A DNA stretch of 64,000 nucleotides from Paraspadella gotoi (Eukaryota > Animalia > Chaetognatha): positions 11,514,883 to 11,578,882 of the forward strand of contig CM119269.1 in NCBI GenBank assembly GCA_051294375.1, given 5' to 3'. A program made the translations under genes and the position numbers. The notes beneath the pieces are model-generated. The model was not told the DNA's origin and searched no databases. It saw only the letters and a program-made list of their open reading frames with translations. Shown here in pieces: positions 1 to 11,501 of the stretch. The number at the start of each line of letters is the position of its first letter. Positions within the stretch are counted from its first letter, which is position 1.

Positions 1-570
1 TTGACCTTTGCATTCTGTTAATAAACCAAAATTATTTTTTATTATCTTTTTTAAAGTAAAAAACCGATTGGATTGTTTTCAGTAATAATTTACTTGAAAA
101 ATAATAATTAATAAAATAAATATAAAATTTTAAAAGTTTTAATCTAGTTTTAAATTAAAGCAAATAGTTACTTCAAATTATGATAAATATTAAAGTTTAT
201 ATAATAAAATTTACTTTCTCATTAGTCTAAAAAAGTAATTTAAATAGATTAATAATCTTTAACGTTTTAAAATGTAGGAAAAATTGGAAAATGCTCGTTC
301 AGGGCCTGGTAGTCAAGCGATTTCGACTAAACTGAGCAATTTTGACCTCACCATCAAATTTCCCACCCCGAAATTGGTCTAATAAGCCTGTCAAACCATT
401 AAAAAAATAGAGTTTTTTTGAAAGGATTTACTAATGAAAGGATTTGTAAGACCTGCACTAATCAAAAATTCCATATCGTAAATGAATGTATTTTGTATGG
501 AATCGAACAAGTCATCGCGACATTATCTTTCAATAAAATTAAGTTCAAAACAAAAAAAATGTTCCATCTT

Positions 571-3500
571 TCAATTGGACATGATCCCCCATCGCATTTG
601 ACAACCTCCTTCACGATCGTCCGTATCGTCAACGTAATTCCCAGTCCACTCGTTCGTAGGCGCGCACATCGTACGACCAACTCGTCCGTCCCCGCACTGC
701 TGAGCATCGCCATCCGCGCGCCATTCGAAGCAGAGGTCCAAGTTGCGCGTCCAGAGCGGCGTGGACGACTTGGCTCGAAGGCCCCAGCTCATCTTGCAGC
801 CTCCTTCGCGGTCGTCAGTGTCGTCGCGATAGGGTTGAGTGAAGTGGTTGACCCGCGCGCAGAGTTGACGTCCGGTGCAGCCAGAGCCGCATTGAGCAAC
901 GTCGCCGTCGGGGGCCCAGCGGAAGCAGATCTCAGTGTCCTTTGGGAAAGGGTGGGAGAAAGGAAGGAGATTTGGTCAAGTTGCCTTGAAATATATTTTC
1001 AATAATTGTAATTTTTGTTAAAATACAATATTAATTTAATATTTAATCAACTTGAAAATTTACAAAACCTATTTAAACTTTGCCAAGTTAAAATAAGTAT
1101 TAAAGAACAAATTACCTATTAATTCGACTTAAATATTAAAAACTAGTTAAATTTAAACTTCCACATACAAACTTACCTTAAACCACTTGGGCACCCACGA
1201 AGGAGCCTTCAGCCCCCAACTCAGCCGACATCCGCCATCACGTTCGTCAGTGTCGTCCAAGTAGAACTGAGTAAATCCGTCAATTCGCCGACAAATCTCC
1301 CTCCCGACGCCGGAGCCGCCGCACTGAGCTCTCTCCTCCTCCGGCTCCCACTTTTGACAGAGTTCGACTCGCCAGAACCAATCGGGAGCGAGGAGTTGCT
1401 CCTCGACGTCAGTGATGAGATTCTCAACTTCGGCGTGGACGGGAGATGGGTCGCCGATGTATTTATAGATTCGTTGGAGCATCGCTTCCATCTCGGGGAC
1501 CTAAGATTGGATAAATTTAACCATTCAATTATTCATTAAATTTCATATTAAAATTAAAACCTGCGCGTAACGTTGCATCTTTCCGTGAACCAACGCTGCG
1601 AGTGCACGGAGACGGGCCTTGTCCAAATGAACTTCGACGGCGCGTTGCATTGCGACCTTCTTGGCCTCGTTGCGGATGAGGGTCCATATGGGCGTGTATT
1701 GTCCGCCAATGACCCACGGGTAGGCGCGGACGGTAGGATGCCATCTTTCTATTCCGTTAGTGATCGAGTTTACGTCGCCGCCGTAATATCTGAATTTTAT
1801 TTTTCGGGTTTTGAAAATCAATTTATTTAATCGTTTAAGTTTGATTTGAGAAATAAAACGTGTCAATGTGGATTAAAATCGTTTTAAATTTCGAGTTAGG
1901 GACAGTTAAGTTCGGGGTTCTAAAATTTGAAAAGAATGAATAATTGTTACGAGTTAGTGATAAAACCGTTCAATATTAATACCATGTTTAATCAACGTAG
2001 AAAGAATTTTATTTCTAAGATCTACTGTTCGAAAAATTTTGTTCAAAAGAATAGTCGCATTCTTTAATGATTGAAATATTTTAATCAATAACTTTAACCT
2101 CGTTTTGTCTATAGTGGTAGTTTTCATGAAATCTTTAACTTTTGTTTTGTCTTTAGTCTTAGCTTTTTAGTCGGTTCTGATTATCAGCAGATCCCGACTC
2201 TATAATTCACTTTGTCGGTCCGTCGGTCCGCCCCCTCAATATTGTCGGGCGCACACTTATGTCGGAACATCGAATTAAGATTAATTATGCAAAAAAACGA
2301 TGTCCGTCCGTCCCACCTTAGCAAAAAACTCCAATTACTCGTGATTGGATGGATGGATTGGTATGAAATTTTGTGTGTGGGTAAGAAACTGTGATTGAGA
2401 TGGATATGAAGTTTCGAGGGAATCGTGCGAGTGGAAATTGGTTTAAATGGAAAAAAAAAATATATTTTACTATTTGAACGCCAATTTCTCATTAGTGGAT
2501 AGGGCAATTGACTTGAAATTTTGTATAAAGGTAGGAAAGTGTGATTGAGCTGGATATAAAGTTTCGATGGAATCGTGCGAATGGAAATGAGTTAAAATGG
2601 AAAAAACAAAAGTCATATTTACTTGAAGTATTTTTACTTAAATTTACTCATAATTATTATGTTTATTAAAAATTGGATAAATAAATCGAAATTGAATTTT
2701 GTGTGTGGGTAAGAAAGTATGTGATAAAGCTGGATATAAATTTTTTGATAGAATCGTAGGAGTGGAAAAGAGTAAAAATTAGAAAACCAAAAGAGACATT
2801 TATTTGAATTTTTTAAAGTTTCTCTCTCTTCATCTCTCTCTGATTGAGGGGACCAAATTCTGCAAGTTGACCAAATTCTGCAAGTTGACCAAATTAGCTT
2901 ATTACCACTTAATTATCGATTAACCTGGAATTTTGTTTGCGAGTAGAAAAGTGTGTGATTGAACAGGAAACCAAGTTTCGATGGAATAGTTTGAGTGGAA
3001 ATGAGTTTAAATGGAAAAAAACAAAAAACCTGTTTCACTAATTATGCTTTTTTCAGTCGGATTGGCTTATCAGCAGATCCCGACTCTATAACTCACTTTG
3101 TCGGTCCGTCGGTCCGCCCCCTCAATATTGTCGGGCACACACTTATATCATGTCAGAACATCGAATTATGATAAATTATGCAAAAAAAATGATGTCCGTC
3201 CGTCTGTCTGTCCGTCCGTCTGTCCGTCCCACCTTAGCAAAAAACACCAATTACTCGTGATTGGATGGATGGATTTAAATAAAAATTTTGTGTGAGGATA
3301 GGTAAGTGTGTGATTGAGGTGGATATGAAGTTTCGATGGAATTGTCCGAGTGGAAATGAGTTTAAATGGAAAAAACAAAAAAAATATATTCACTATTTGA
3401 ACACCAATTGCTCATGAGTGGATGGGCTGATTGACCTGGAATTTTGTATGTGGGTAGGAAAGTGGGTGATTGAACAGGAAATCAAGTTTCGATGGAATAG

Positions 3501-6500
3501 TTTGAGTGGAAATGAGTTTAAATGGAAAAAAACAAAAAACCTGTTTTACTAATTGATTTATATTTATTTTTATATTAAATGTATATGCAGGATGTATTAA
3601 TAAATCAAATAATTCATCAGTTAATTAATCAAATAGTAAATAAATTAATCAATAATTAATTAATCAATCCGTCCATCCGTCCCATCTTAGCAAAAAGCTC
3701 CAATAACTCGTGATTGGCTGGTTGGATTGGAATTAAATTTTGTGTGTGAGTAGGAAAGTGTGTGATAAAGCTGGATATAAAGTTTCGATGGAATCGTGTG
3801 AGTGGAAATGAGTTTAAATAAAAAAAATATGAGACACATTTACTTGAATCTTTTTATTTATTTTAACCCATGATAGATTGAGATGAAATTTTGTGAGCCG
3901 GTAGGAAAGTGAGTGAAGAAGCTAGATATAAAGTTTTGACGGAATGCAAGTTGAAAAAATTATGCAAGTTGAAAAAATCTTAAAAGCATAAGGATCGTCG
4001 CTATTGCATAAAAAGAGAGAGAGAGAAAGAGAGAGTGAGAGAGAGAGTGAGAGAGAAAGAGAGAGCGAGAGAGAGAAAGAGAGAAGGAGACATAAAATAA
4101 AAAAATCTTAAAAGACTCAAGATCGAGCCAGAGCCCACTATCAAAGAAAAATAATGAAAAAAACCGGGAAAAAAACGAATGAATCATGCGATAACGAATT
4201 ATTGATGTAATAGTAATTGATTCGATGATAATCAATTATTGATGCGATGATAGTCAATAAAACAAACAAATGTGTGTATGAGTGAAAGAGAAAGAAAAAG
4301 AATAAATCCACGAAAATCTTGGATGAAAATATGGGATTTTGTATTGAAAAAAAGCGCGGAATAAATGGTAAAAAGTTTTTAGAAGGAAAAAAATAATCAG
4401 AATTTTTTAAAAAACAAACGATCACGCAAGAGATCGGACAGAGGGACAGACACAAACAGAGAAAAAGAGAGAGAGAGACAGCTGCTGCAGAGAAAAAGAG
4501 AGAGAAAGAGCGATATATAATAATTAAAAGAGAGAGAGAGAGAAGCTCTACAGCCCCTTTACTCGTTAAAGAATCAGCAGTACCTATGGCGCCGGACGTA
4601 GCGTGAGCTCTTCTCTACTCAAAGGACCCGGGTTCGCACCCTGTTCGCGTCATCGTTTTTTACATTAATGAGCCCACATATCTAAAATTTTTTTGTAAAA
4701 AAAAAAAAGAGAGAGAAAGCTGGACAGACGCTGCAGAGCCGGAACTCGTTTTTAGACAAATCAGAAGCAGTGACGGAGAAAAAGAGAGAGCGACATAATT
4801 AAAACGTTTGTTTTGTAAATAAAACAAACAAATACGAATATTGATATGAAACATGAGAATTTTAAAGATCTTGATCTTAGAAGCCATATATGAAATTTCA
4901 ACTCCCTATGATATCACACTTTCCGAAGCCATGATTGTAAAAAAGCGTGACCGAAAGCTAAACCGAATCAAAATCTAGCCAGGACGGGCTTTGCCCGCCT
5001 GGCTCGATAATAGAGGATATTTGTTTGTTTTGATAAAATGTAAACAAAACATTTAATAACTGTCCTGACTCAATTTTAAGGACATCGATGATGACAAGCT
5101 GAATATAAATTATAATTAATTATTAAAATTAATTAATTAATCTATTAATTAATTATCGTACGCAGATCCGACATTGTTTGCTCAAACTTGTTTATTTTTA
5201 TATTAAATGTAAATGCAGGATGTATCAATAATTAATTAATCAGTCAATCAATCCGTCCATCCATCCCACCTTAGCAAAAAGCTCCAATAACTCGTGATTA
5301 GCTGGTTGGATTGGAATGAAATTTTGTGTGATGCAATTTAAAAAAATTATACAAGTTGAAAAAATCCTAAAAGCATAAGGATCGTCGCAATTGCAAAGAG
5401 AGCAGAAAAATGAGCATAAGGATCGTCGCAATTGCAAAGAGAGCAGAAAAATGAGCATAAGGATCGTCGCAATTGCAAAGAGAGCAGAAAAATGAGCATA
5501 AGGATCGTCGCAATTGCAAAGAGCAGAAAAATGAGCATAAGGATCGTCGCAATTGCAAAGAGAGCAGAAAAATGAGCATAAGGATCGTCGCAATTGCAAA
5601 GAGCAGAAAAATGAGCATAAGGATCGTCGCAATTGCAAAGAGAGAGAGTCCGAGATAAAAATTAGCAAATAAAAAAGTTATTTTACTCACTGAATAAAAA
5701 TACTTAAAATACTTACAAAATACATAAAATTGATAAAATTATTATTCCGATAACATTGTTTAATCACATGCAATATATCTAGTAAGGCGGGCCAAAATTG
5801 AACACTTTTTATAACTTCTAATTCTCTCAAAAAAATTTCTTTTTTCTTTCCACTAAATCGATTTTCAATGTAACTTTTTGAATTAGTTCATTGGGTTGTT
5901 GCACTGAAGCTTTTAAATATTTATTAATATATAACAAATGACAAAAAAAAATTTTAAAAATGTGATTTTTTAAGAACGGGTTCTTGTAGAGCTTAAAAAA
6001 TATTATAATTTTTTTAAATTTTGACAATAAATTGGTTAAAAATAGAAAAAACCTTAAAAAATCATCATCATAATCATTATTAGCTGAATTTTATTTTTTA
6101 AATCTTTTATTAATAAAACAAAATTTTAAAAAGTTGTATTAATAACCTTTATCTAACTTTTAAAGCTCTATCAGAATCTATAAAAAAATTGATAAACAAA
6201 ATTTTAAAAATTATTTTCATTTTTATATTATATTTTTATATTATATTTTTATATTTTTATATTTTTATATTAACCATTATTTATTTGAGAGAACTAGTTT
6301 TCAACCTGTTCCGGCCTAATATCTAGTAAGGCGGGCCAAAATTGAACACTTTTTATAACTTCTCTTTAAAATTTTTTTTTCCTTTTACTACTAAATCGAT
6401 TTTCAAAATAACTTTTTGAATTAGTTCATTGGGTTGTTGCACTGAAGCTTTTAAATATTTATTAATATATAATAATTATATAAAGTTTTGATGGAATTGT

Positions 6501-9500
6501 GCCAGTGGAAATGAGATAAAAAAAATATAGGTCACATTTATTTGAATCTTTAATTTTAGTGTTAAAATGTTTTTATAATTAATGTGAAAAAATGATGCAA
6601 GTTAAAAAAATCTTAAAAGCATAACGATTGTCGCAATTGCATAAAAAGAGAGAGAAAGAGTGAGAGAGAGAGAAGAGACATAAAATAAAAAAAGAGGATA
6701 TTTGTTTGTTTTGATAAAATGTAAACAAAACATATTTAATAACTGTCCTAACCCAATTTTAAGGACATCGATGATAATTTGAATATAAATTTAAAATTAA
6801 TTACATATTAAAATTAATTAATTAATCGATTAATTAATTATCGTAGGCAGATCCGACATTGTTTGCTCAAACTTGATTTTGATGCTCATGTATGTACTGA
6901 ATCAACCTTGTTGAATTCGAAATAAAACACATACATTAAGCAGTCCCTCAGTTTTGGATTAGGCTGGAACTCTGTTACAGGCGGGTTAAGCGACGTCCCT
7001 CTTAACTGAGGCGAATGATTTACCTCCTGCACCAATTAATGCTGTGAACAGTGTGCAAGTCCAAACCGAACGAACTATTTCAATTTAATTTTGTAGTCGG
7101 GCATTGCCTAGATTCACCCCGCCTATAAGCATGACTTTTCTTTCTTCTGCCCTGACGGCAATTTAATCAATCTAACATAAACCGACTCCATTTGATCGAA
7201 AATCGCCAAGCTTTCTGGAAATATAATTTTTTTCTTTCGATTATGTTAGGAAGGTGTTTAAAATGATATCAAGAAATTTGGCGACTTATTCATTTTCCAA
7301 GATGGTAGTACCATATCCACCCTGGCGAGCCCATCCTGTCGAGCATAATCCAACCTTCTGATTCCAAGCTCATGGACTAGCTGAAGATTGCTCCCTCCCT
7401 CCAATGGAACCAGTGCAGGGTGGGTTACAATCTGGGGGGCATGTAGTCGGGCATTGCATAAGTTCACCCCAACTATAAGCATGACACCTTCAGTTGTGAC
7501 CCGGTGGCTCATTGAGTAAAGCCATCAGCTCATACCACTAGGTACCGGGTTCAATCCCAACCCGGTACCTACCTTGCGGAAGAGTGAGGACGGCCGTAAG
7601 CCGCCTGGGGGCATGGCAAACCCTCAAGCCTGGTTCCAAGCCCAGGGACCCGTTCTATGGCTGCTAAAGGGGGTTATAGAAGTTACGGACAGTCATCTTC
7701 AGCCCACGTAGCGCCTTATCCACAATTTTAAAATAATATTATACATTCTAAAATAATTTGCAATGACCTGATCGTCTTGATGGTCCTCTCGAGAACTGTT
7801 CGTCCACTTCCTTCTTCACTAGCCCGGCATAACCCCTGGCTATCAACTCGTTCATGTAAATGGCTTTGGCCTGGACTTTGATCGCTTGCAGAGCATTTTT
7901 TCTGAAGTGATTTTCTCAGTCTCTAAGATGAGACGAATTGCGCCGCCGAGTTTGATGTGGACGGGAAAACAGGTGCCGAAACGATCGATGAAACGGGCGT
8001 ACCTTAAAATAGGAATGACCTAACTCAGTAAGGTGGTTAAGAAATTTGCATTAAAAACCGCTCAAACGAAAATTTAGACGTTTTTAAAATAATTTGAATA
8101 ACAAAAAAATGAAAAGACAGTAATTATTGTCATGTGTTAGTCACTAACTTAGTGACAGAACCGTTCAATATAAGCAGTCCCTGAGCTTCGGATTAAGCGC
8201 CCCGTCCTTTTAACTACTAGGCGACCACCGGGCTAGAATCCCAGACTTTCGGGTTGGGAGGCGATTGGTGGATATTAGTCCACCAAAAAATCTTGATATT
8301 ACTCCATACCCCATATATTAATTTTTTAATATTTATTTAAATTTTTTTTTATTTTTAAGATCATATTCAGGTAGTTTGCAAAAAGTTGTCTACACAAAGT
8401 ATAATTCTTTTTTCGATATTTTGATCAGAAGTGGGTGAAAAATATTACAAAAATTAATAATCATCGTTTTTCGATAATTTTATTACTTTTTCTTAATGAC
8501 ATAGAAAACAAATATCTTTGAAAGTTGTAGTTAAATTTTTTATTTAACTCTTTATGCTCTATAAAAAAGATAAGATGAGAAAAAAATTTTTATCATTGTA
8601 TAGTAATATTGTACTTTTGATAGTAACAATAAAAGATTTTAAAAGTGAACTTTTTTAAAATTATTTTTTTACCTGAAAGTAGACTTCAAGACTAAAGTTT
8701 TGAAGCCCCTATTGAATTTAATTTCATAGTAGATTTCTACTTAAAGTTAAGGTCATGTGACCAAAAGGGGTTAAGAGATATTTTTAAAAAAAATTTAACT
8801 TTCGTTAAATTATTTTAATGTTAATTTTAATATTTTTCCACAATAACATTTTAGGCGGCTAGGGAGGTTAACGTTTTCTGGATACAATATATAGATATAA
8901 ATATATAGATACAATTCATATTTTATAATAACAGGCCTTTTTACTTTTGATGCTAGTGTAGAGTACTTTTACCAAAACAGTTTTTGAAATTATTATACAG
9001 TTATCCTTATAAATAAGGGAGGCAAATTGGGTCTTGCCATGTTATCTTATGAGAAGAACGTACTTTTCTGGCGCTTCGTCGAACGTGTCGGGTAAAAGGT
9101 CGTTGATGTAGGACGAGGCGTATCCGCTAAGAGAAAGGGCCCACGGCGGAGCCAAGTCTGCTCGATAAGCGGAGACGATGGACCGAACCGTTTCGACGTT
9201 GCGAGAATAATTAAACATCGTCGACAACATTTTGAGATAAGAAGCTGGATAAAAAGAATTAGGGAGGGGTAAGTTTTATTTAGAGGGTGGGGTAAGGTCA
9301 AAGTGTCAGTAAACCATACCCTAGATTGAGTTGTACGAATGTTAAAAAAAATCTGATAAGATTAAACATCCCATATATCTCCCCTGAAAACATTGTTGAT
9401 TAAAATCCGGTTATGGGAGCAGGAGGCATGTCAATTTCCTCCAACCAAAAGATCAAGGTTTCTAGTCCGGTGGCCGTGAAGTAGAGGGAATGGGAGTCTC

Positions 9501-10485
9501 ACACGCTTGAAGAAGAGTTCTTCATAATTTTTTTAAGCTTAAGGTTTACTCTCTCAGAATAAAGATTAAAAATAAATATATGAAGAGACTGTAATTATTG
9601 TTGTGTTAGTGACAGAACCATTCAATATAAGCTGTCCCCGAGTTTCGGATCAGGCTGTAACACCGTGTTACAGCAGGGATAAGCGCCACGTCCCTCTTAA
9701 CTGCTAGGCGACCACCGGGTTAGAAACCCGCCCCTTTGGGTTGGGAGGCGAATGACTTGCCTCCCACACCAATGGCAGCTGATGAACGGTTGGTGAATTT
9801 TAGTCCATAATATATTGCTATATATGGTGGACTAAAATCCACCAATAATTATGGTTTCTTCAATATATATATATATATATAAACCTAGAATTTTGGCAGC
9901 AAATCCCGAATCGAATTAACTCACCCGATGCGGTAAAAATTCCGATCTTGGATTTTTCCGCTAATCCTGCCGCAACCGCCATCGCTTGCAGCACCTCGCC
10001 GCTTCGTTGATAAACCGACACCGTCTCTTGTAGCACACCGCTTGGAACCTGAGCAACGCTGGACACTTGATCGGGCAACTGGTAGTACTGCTTTAGACGG
10101 CCAGTACCGATACCGAGTCCACGGCCTTGGAAGCAAGTGTAGTCTACGACGGGCTGACGATAGCTAAGAAGTAAAACATTAAAATTAAATTCTAAATTAA
10201 TAAATAAACAATTTTATCCTACCCATCGTCGCCACCAATAGTAAAAGGCAGAAGGTCCAGTTTGGTGATGTCGACTCCCATCCTTAGTCGATCCAATCCT
10301 GGAGGTATGTTGGTGCACCCTGGTCCGGTGGGTCCGTAGGGCATGATCCCTGGATGCGGCATGCGGCCGTCCGACTCATTTCCGGACAGAGCGGGCGGCA
10401 CTATGATTTGGACCTCGAGTTTGTCCGGTTCGGCAAAGGCCGAACTCAACACGGTGAAGGATAAGATTAAAAAGCGTAAAAACAT
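571..10485 (-). CDS. Secreted MACPF-domain protein, perivitellin-2 67-kDa subunit-like, with three C-terminal Cys/Trp repeats; 7 exons, exon 4 frame-disrupted (sequencing error or young pseudogene)
   Basis: Exons with GT-AG ends: 10485-10223, 10163-9925, 9244-9064, 8002-7768, 1789-1561, 1500-1177, 939-571 (TGA); phases match except across exon 4. Signal peptide MFLRFLILSFTVLSSAFA; 'GLDRLRMGVDITKLDL'; MACPF signature 'YARFIDRFGTCFPVHIKLGG' (cf. Y/W-G-T/S-H-F/Y-x6-GG); 'RYYGGD...WHPTVRAYPWVIGGQYTPIWTLI'; three repeats of C-x2-W...QCG...C...Y-x-DDTD-x-R-x-GGC-x3-WG. About 613 aa if the frame is restored. Confidence 0.85.
2168..3960 (+). mobile_element. Helentron-associated/DINE-1-like non-autonomous element, family 1 (two tandem copies starting at ~2168 and ~3054)
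   Basis: 5' subterminal repeat AGTCGGxTCTG with nearby inverted copy CAGATCCCGACT, (GTCC)n microsatellite, then internal direct repeats (TGTGTGGGTAGGAAAGTGTGTGATTGAGCTGGATAT...GGAAATGAGTTTAAATGGAAAA). Matching 3' ends GCAGATCCGACATTGTTTGCTCAAACTT lie at ~5162-5190 and ~6847-6874. Confidence 0.7.
4103..5010 (-). mobile_element. Helentron/HINE-like family 2 copy
   Basis: On the minus strand it starts TTATCGAGCCAGGCGGGCAAGCCCGTCCTGGCT and ends GGCTCGATCTTGAGTCTTTTAAGATTTT; same termini and internal blocks as the copies at 44517-49686. Confidence 0.6.
5372..5640. repeat. 41-bp (39-bp variant) minisatellite, ~7 copies
   Basis: Unit AGCATAAGGATCGTCGCAATTGCAAAGAGAGCAGAAAAATG; single copies of the same motif occur at ~3985 and ~6618. 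Confidence 0.95.
5774..6470 (+). repeat. ~150-bp direct repeat pair (5774-5935 and 6319-6470)
   Basis: ATATCTAGTAAGGCGGGCCAAAATTGAACACTTTTTATAACTTCT...GGGTTGTTGCACTGAAGCTTTTAAATATTTATTAATATAT occurs twice. Confidence 0.85.
7496..7707 (+). mobile_element. tRNA-derived SINE family A (tRNA-Met-like head)
   Basis: A box TGGCTCATTGAG, anticodon-like CTCATA, B box GGTTCAATCCC. Other copies at 50374-50472 + 53883-54005 and 55176-55282; about 350 bp of upstream sequence (7136-7490) is also shared with 54805-55170. Confidence 0.7.
9582..9810 (-). mobile_element. tRNA-Gly-like SINE family B copy
   Basis: Same ~220-bp element at 6938-7060 (partial), 8111-8285, 22565-22720, 41553-41762 (+) and 51656-51888 (+). 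Head in the + copies GCGGCCATTGGT...CGCCTCCCAAC...GGGGTTCTAACCCGGTGGTCGC resembles tRNA-Gly(CCC); internal hairpin CTGTAACAccgTGTTACAG. Confidence 0.65.
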
Positions 10486-11501
10486 TTTTTTTTTGTTGCG
10501 ATTAAAATAAAAATGATATAATAAATATTAATATAACGGCCGGCCTAACGTAAAGCAAGTGAAGGGAGATTGCGACTTCGATGTGAAATGTGAAAGTGCA
10601 TGTGAATAGAATACGTGAAACGTGATTGGTTGAAAAAGAAGAGAGTAAAACGGAATCTGGACAAGTACAACCAAAATCTTGATAATCGTTATTAAGAAAA
10701 ATCGCAAGAGTCACGATAATTTTTTTTTGTTCATCTTGGCCACTATCTATGCTCATCTATGCTCATTTAATTTATATAAGTTAATAAGTAATTCTGAACC
10801 TAAACCTTATCTTTATTTAGCTATTAACTTTCATAAAGTAAATGATTATGTAAACGATGCTTAATTATTTTACATGAAAATATCATCGCAGAGGAATCAA
10901 ACCCAAGAAATGAAATCGGAAGTAAAATCCACCGGAAGCTCATTGGCCAAGAGACTAATGGCACCAGCCAATGACCAGATGGGCTTCCATCCGCCGAGGA
11001 CTTTTACCCTTACCTCTGATCCGATGGAACTGTATAAATTGGCACGAAGTGTTTTATTGATTCACTCTGCCTGGAAATTAACACAGTCTTGTTTACTGTC
11101 TATTTTCTGATAATAAATCCCACTTTGGTTTCATATTGAAACGATTCGACCAAAATCGCTTTGTCGTCCCCCAAAACAAAATGGCATTCTAAAAAAATAT
11201 AACTTTGTTCCACAGGACATAACGAAATAATGTTCAAAATAAAAAAAACAAACAAACAAACAAACCAAAATATTAACAAAATCTTTTCAAATCGGATAAA
11301 ATTGAATTTTAACCCAGAAGGCGCGTTTGATACAATAGGTTTCAATGGAGTAACAAAATGAAACATAGCTTGTCCAAAGTCAGGGATATTTATAGAATGA
11401 ATAGATAATTTTACATTGATCGTACCAATTTCATAACAAACGATGAACGTGACATGAACAAATTATCCCTGTATAACCGATTCCAACCCTTTTTTTTTAT
11501 A

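Noticed and set aside
418-1005. 195-aa + strand ORF (and + ORFs at 1354 and 1573)
   Set aside because: Antisense shadows of the GC-rich MACPF exons; the minus-strand frames carry the motifs and splice sites.
4588-4652. tRNA-like sequence with B box GGTTCGCACCC
   Set aside because: No complete cloverleaf and embedded in a repeat; probably a SINE fragment, not a tRNA gene.
5240-5690. Repetitive ORFs and a CRISPR-like appearance of the 41-bp array
   Set aside because: Head-to-tail repeats without unique spacers, no cas genes, eukaryotic context; the ORFs are translations of the minisatellite.
9775-9812. CTGATGA in SINE B suggesting a hammerhead ribozyme
   Set aside because: No stem II followed by GAAA and no stem III/NUH in any copy.
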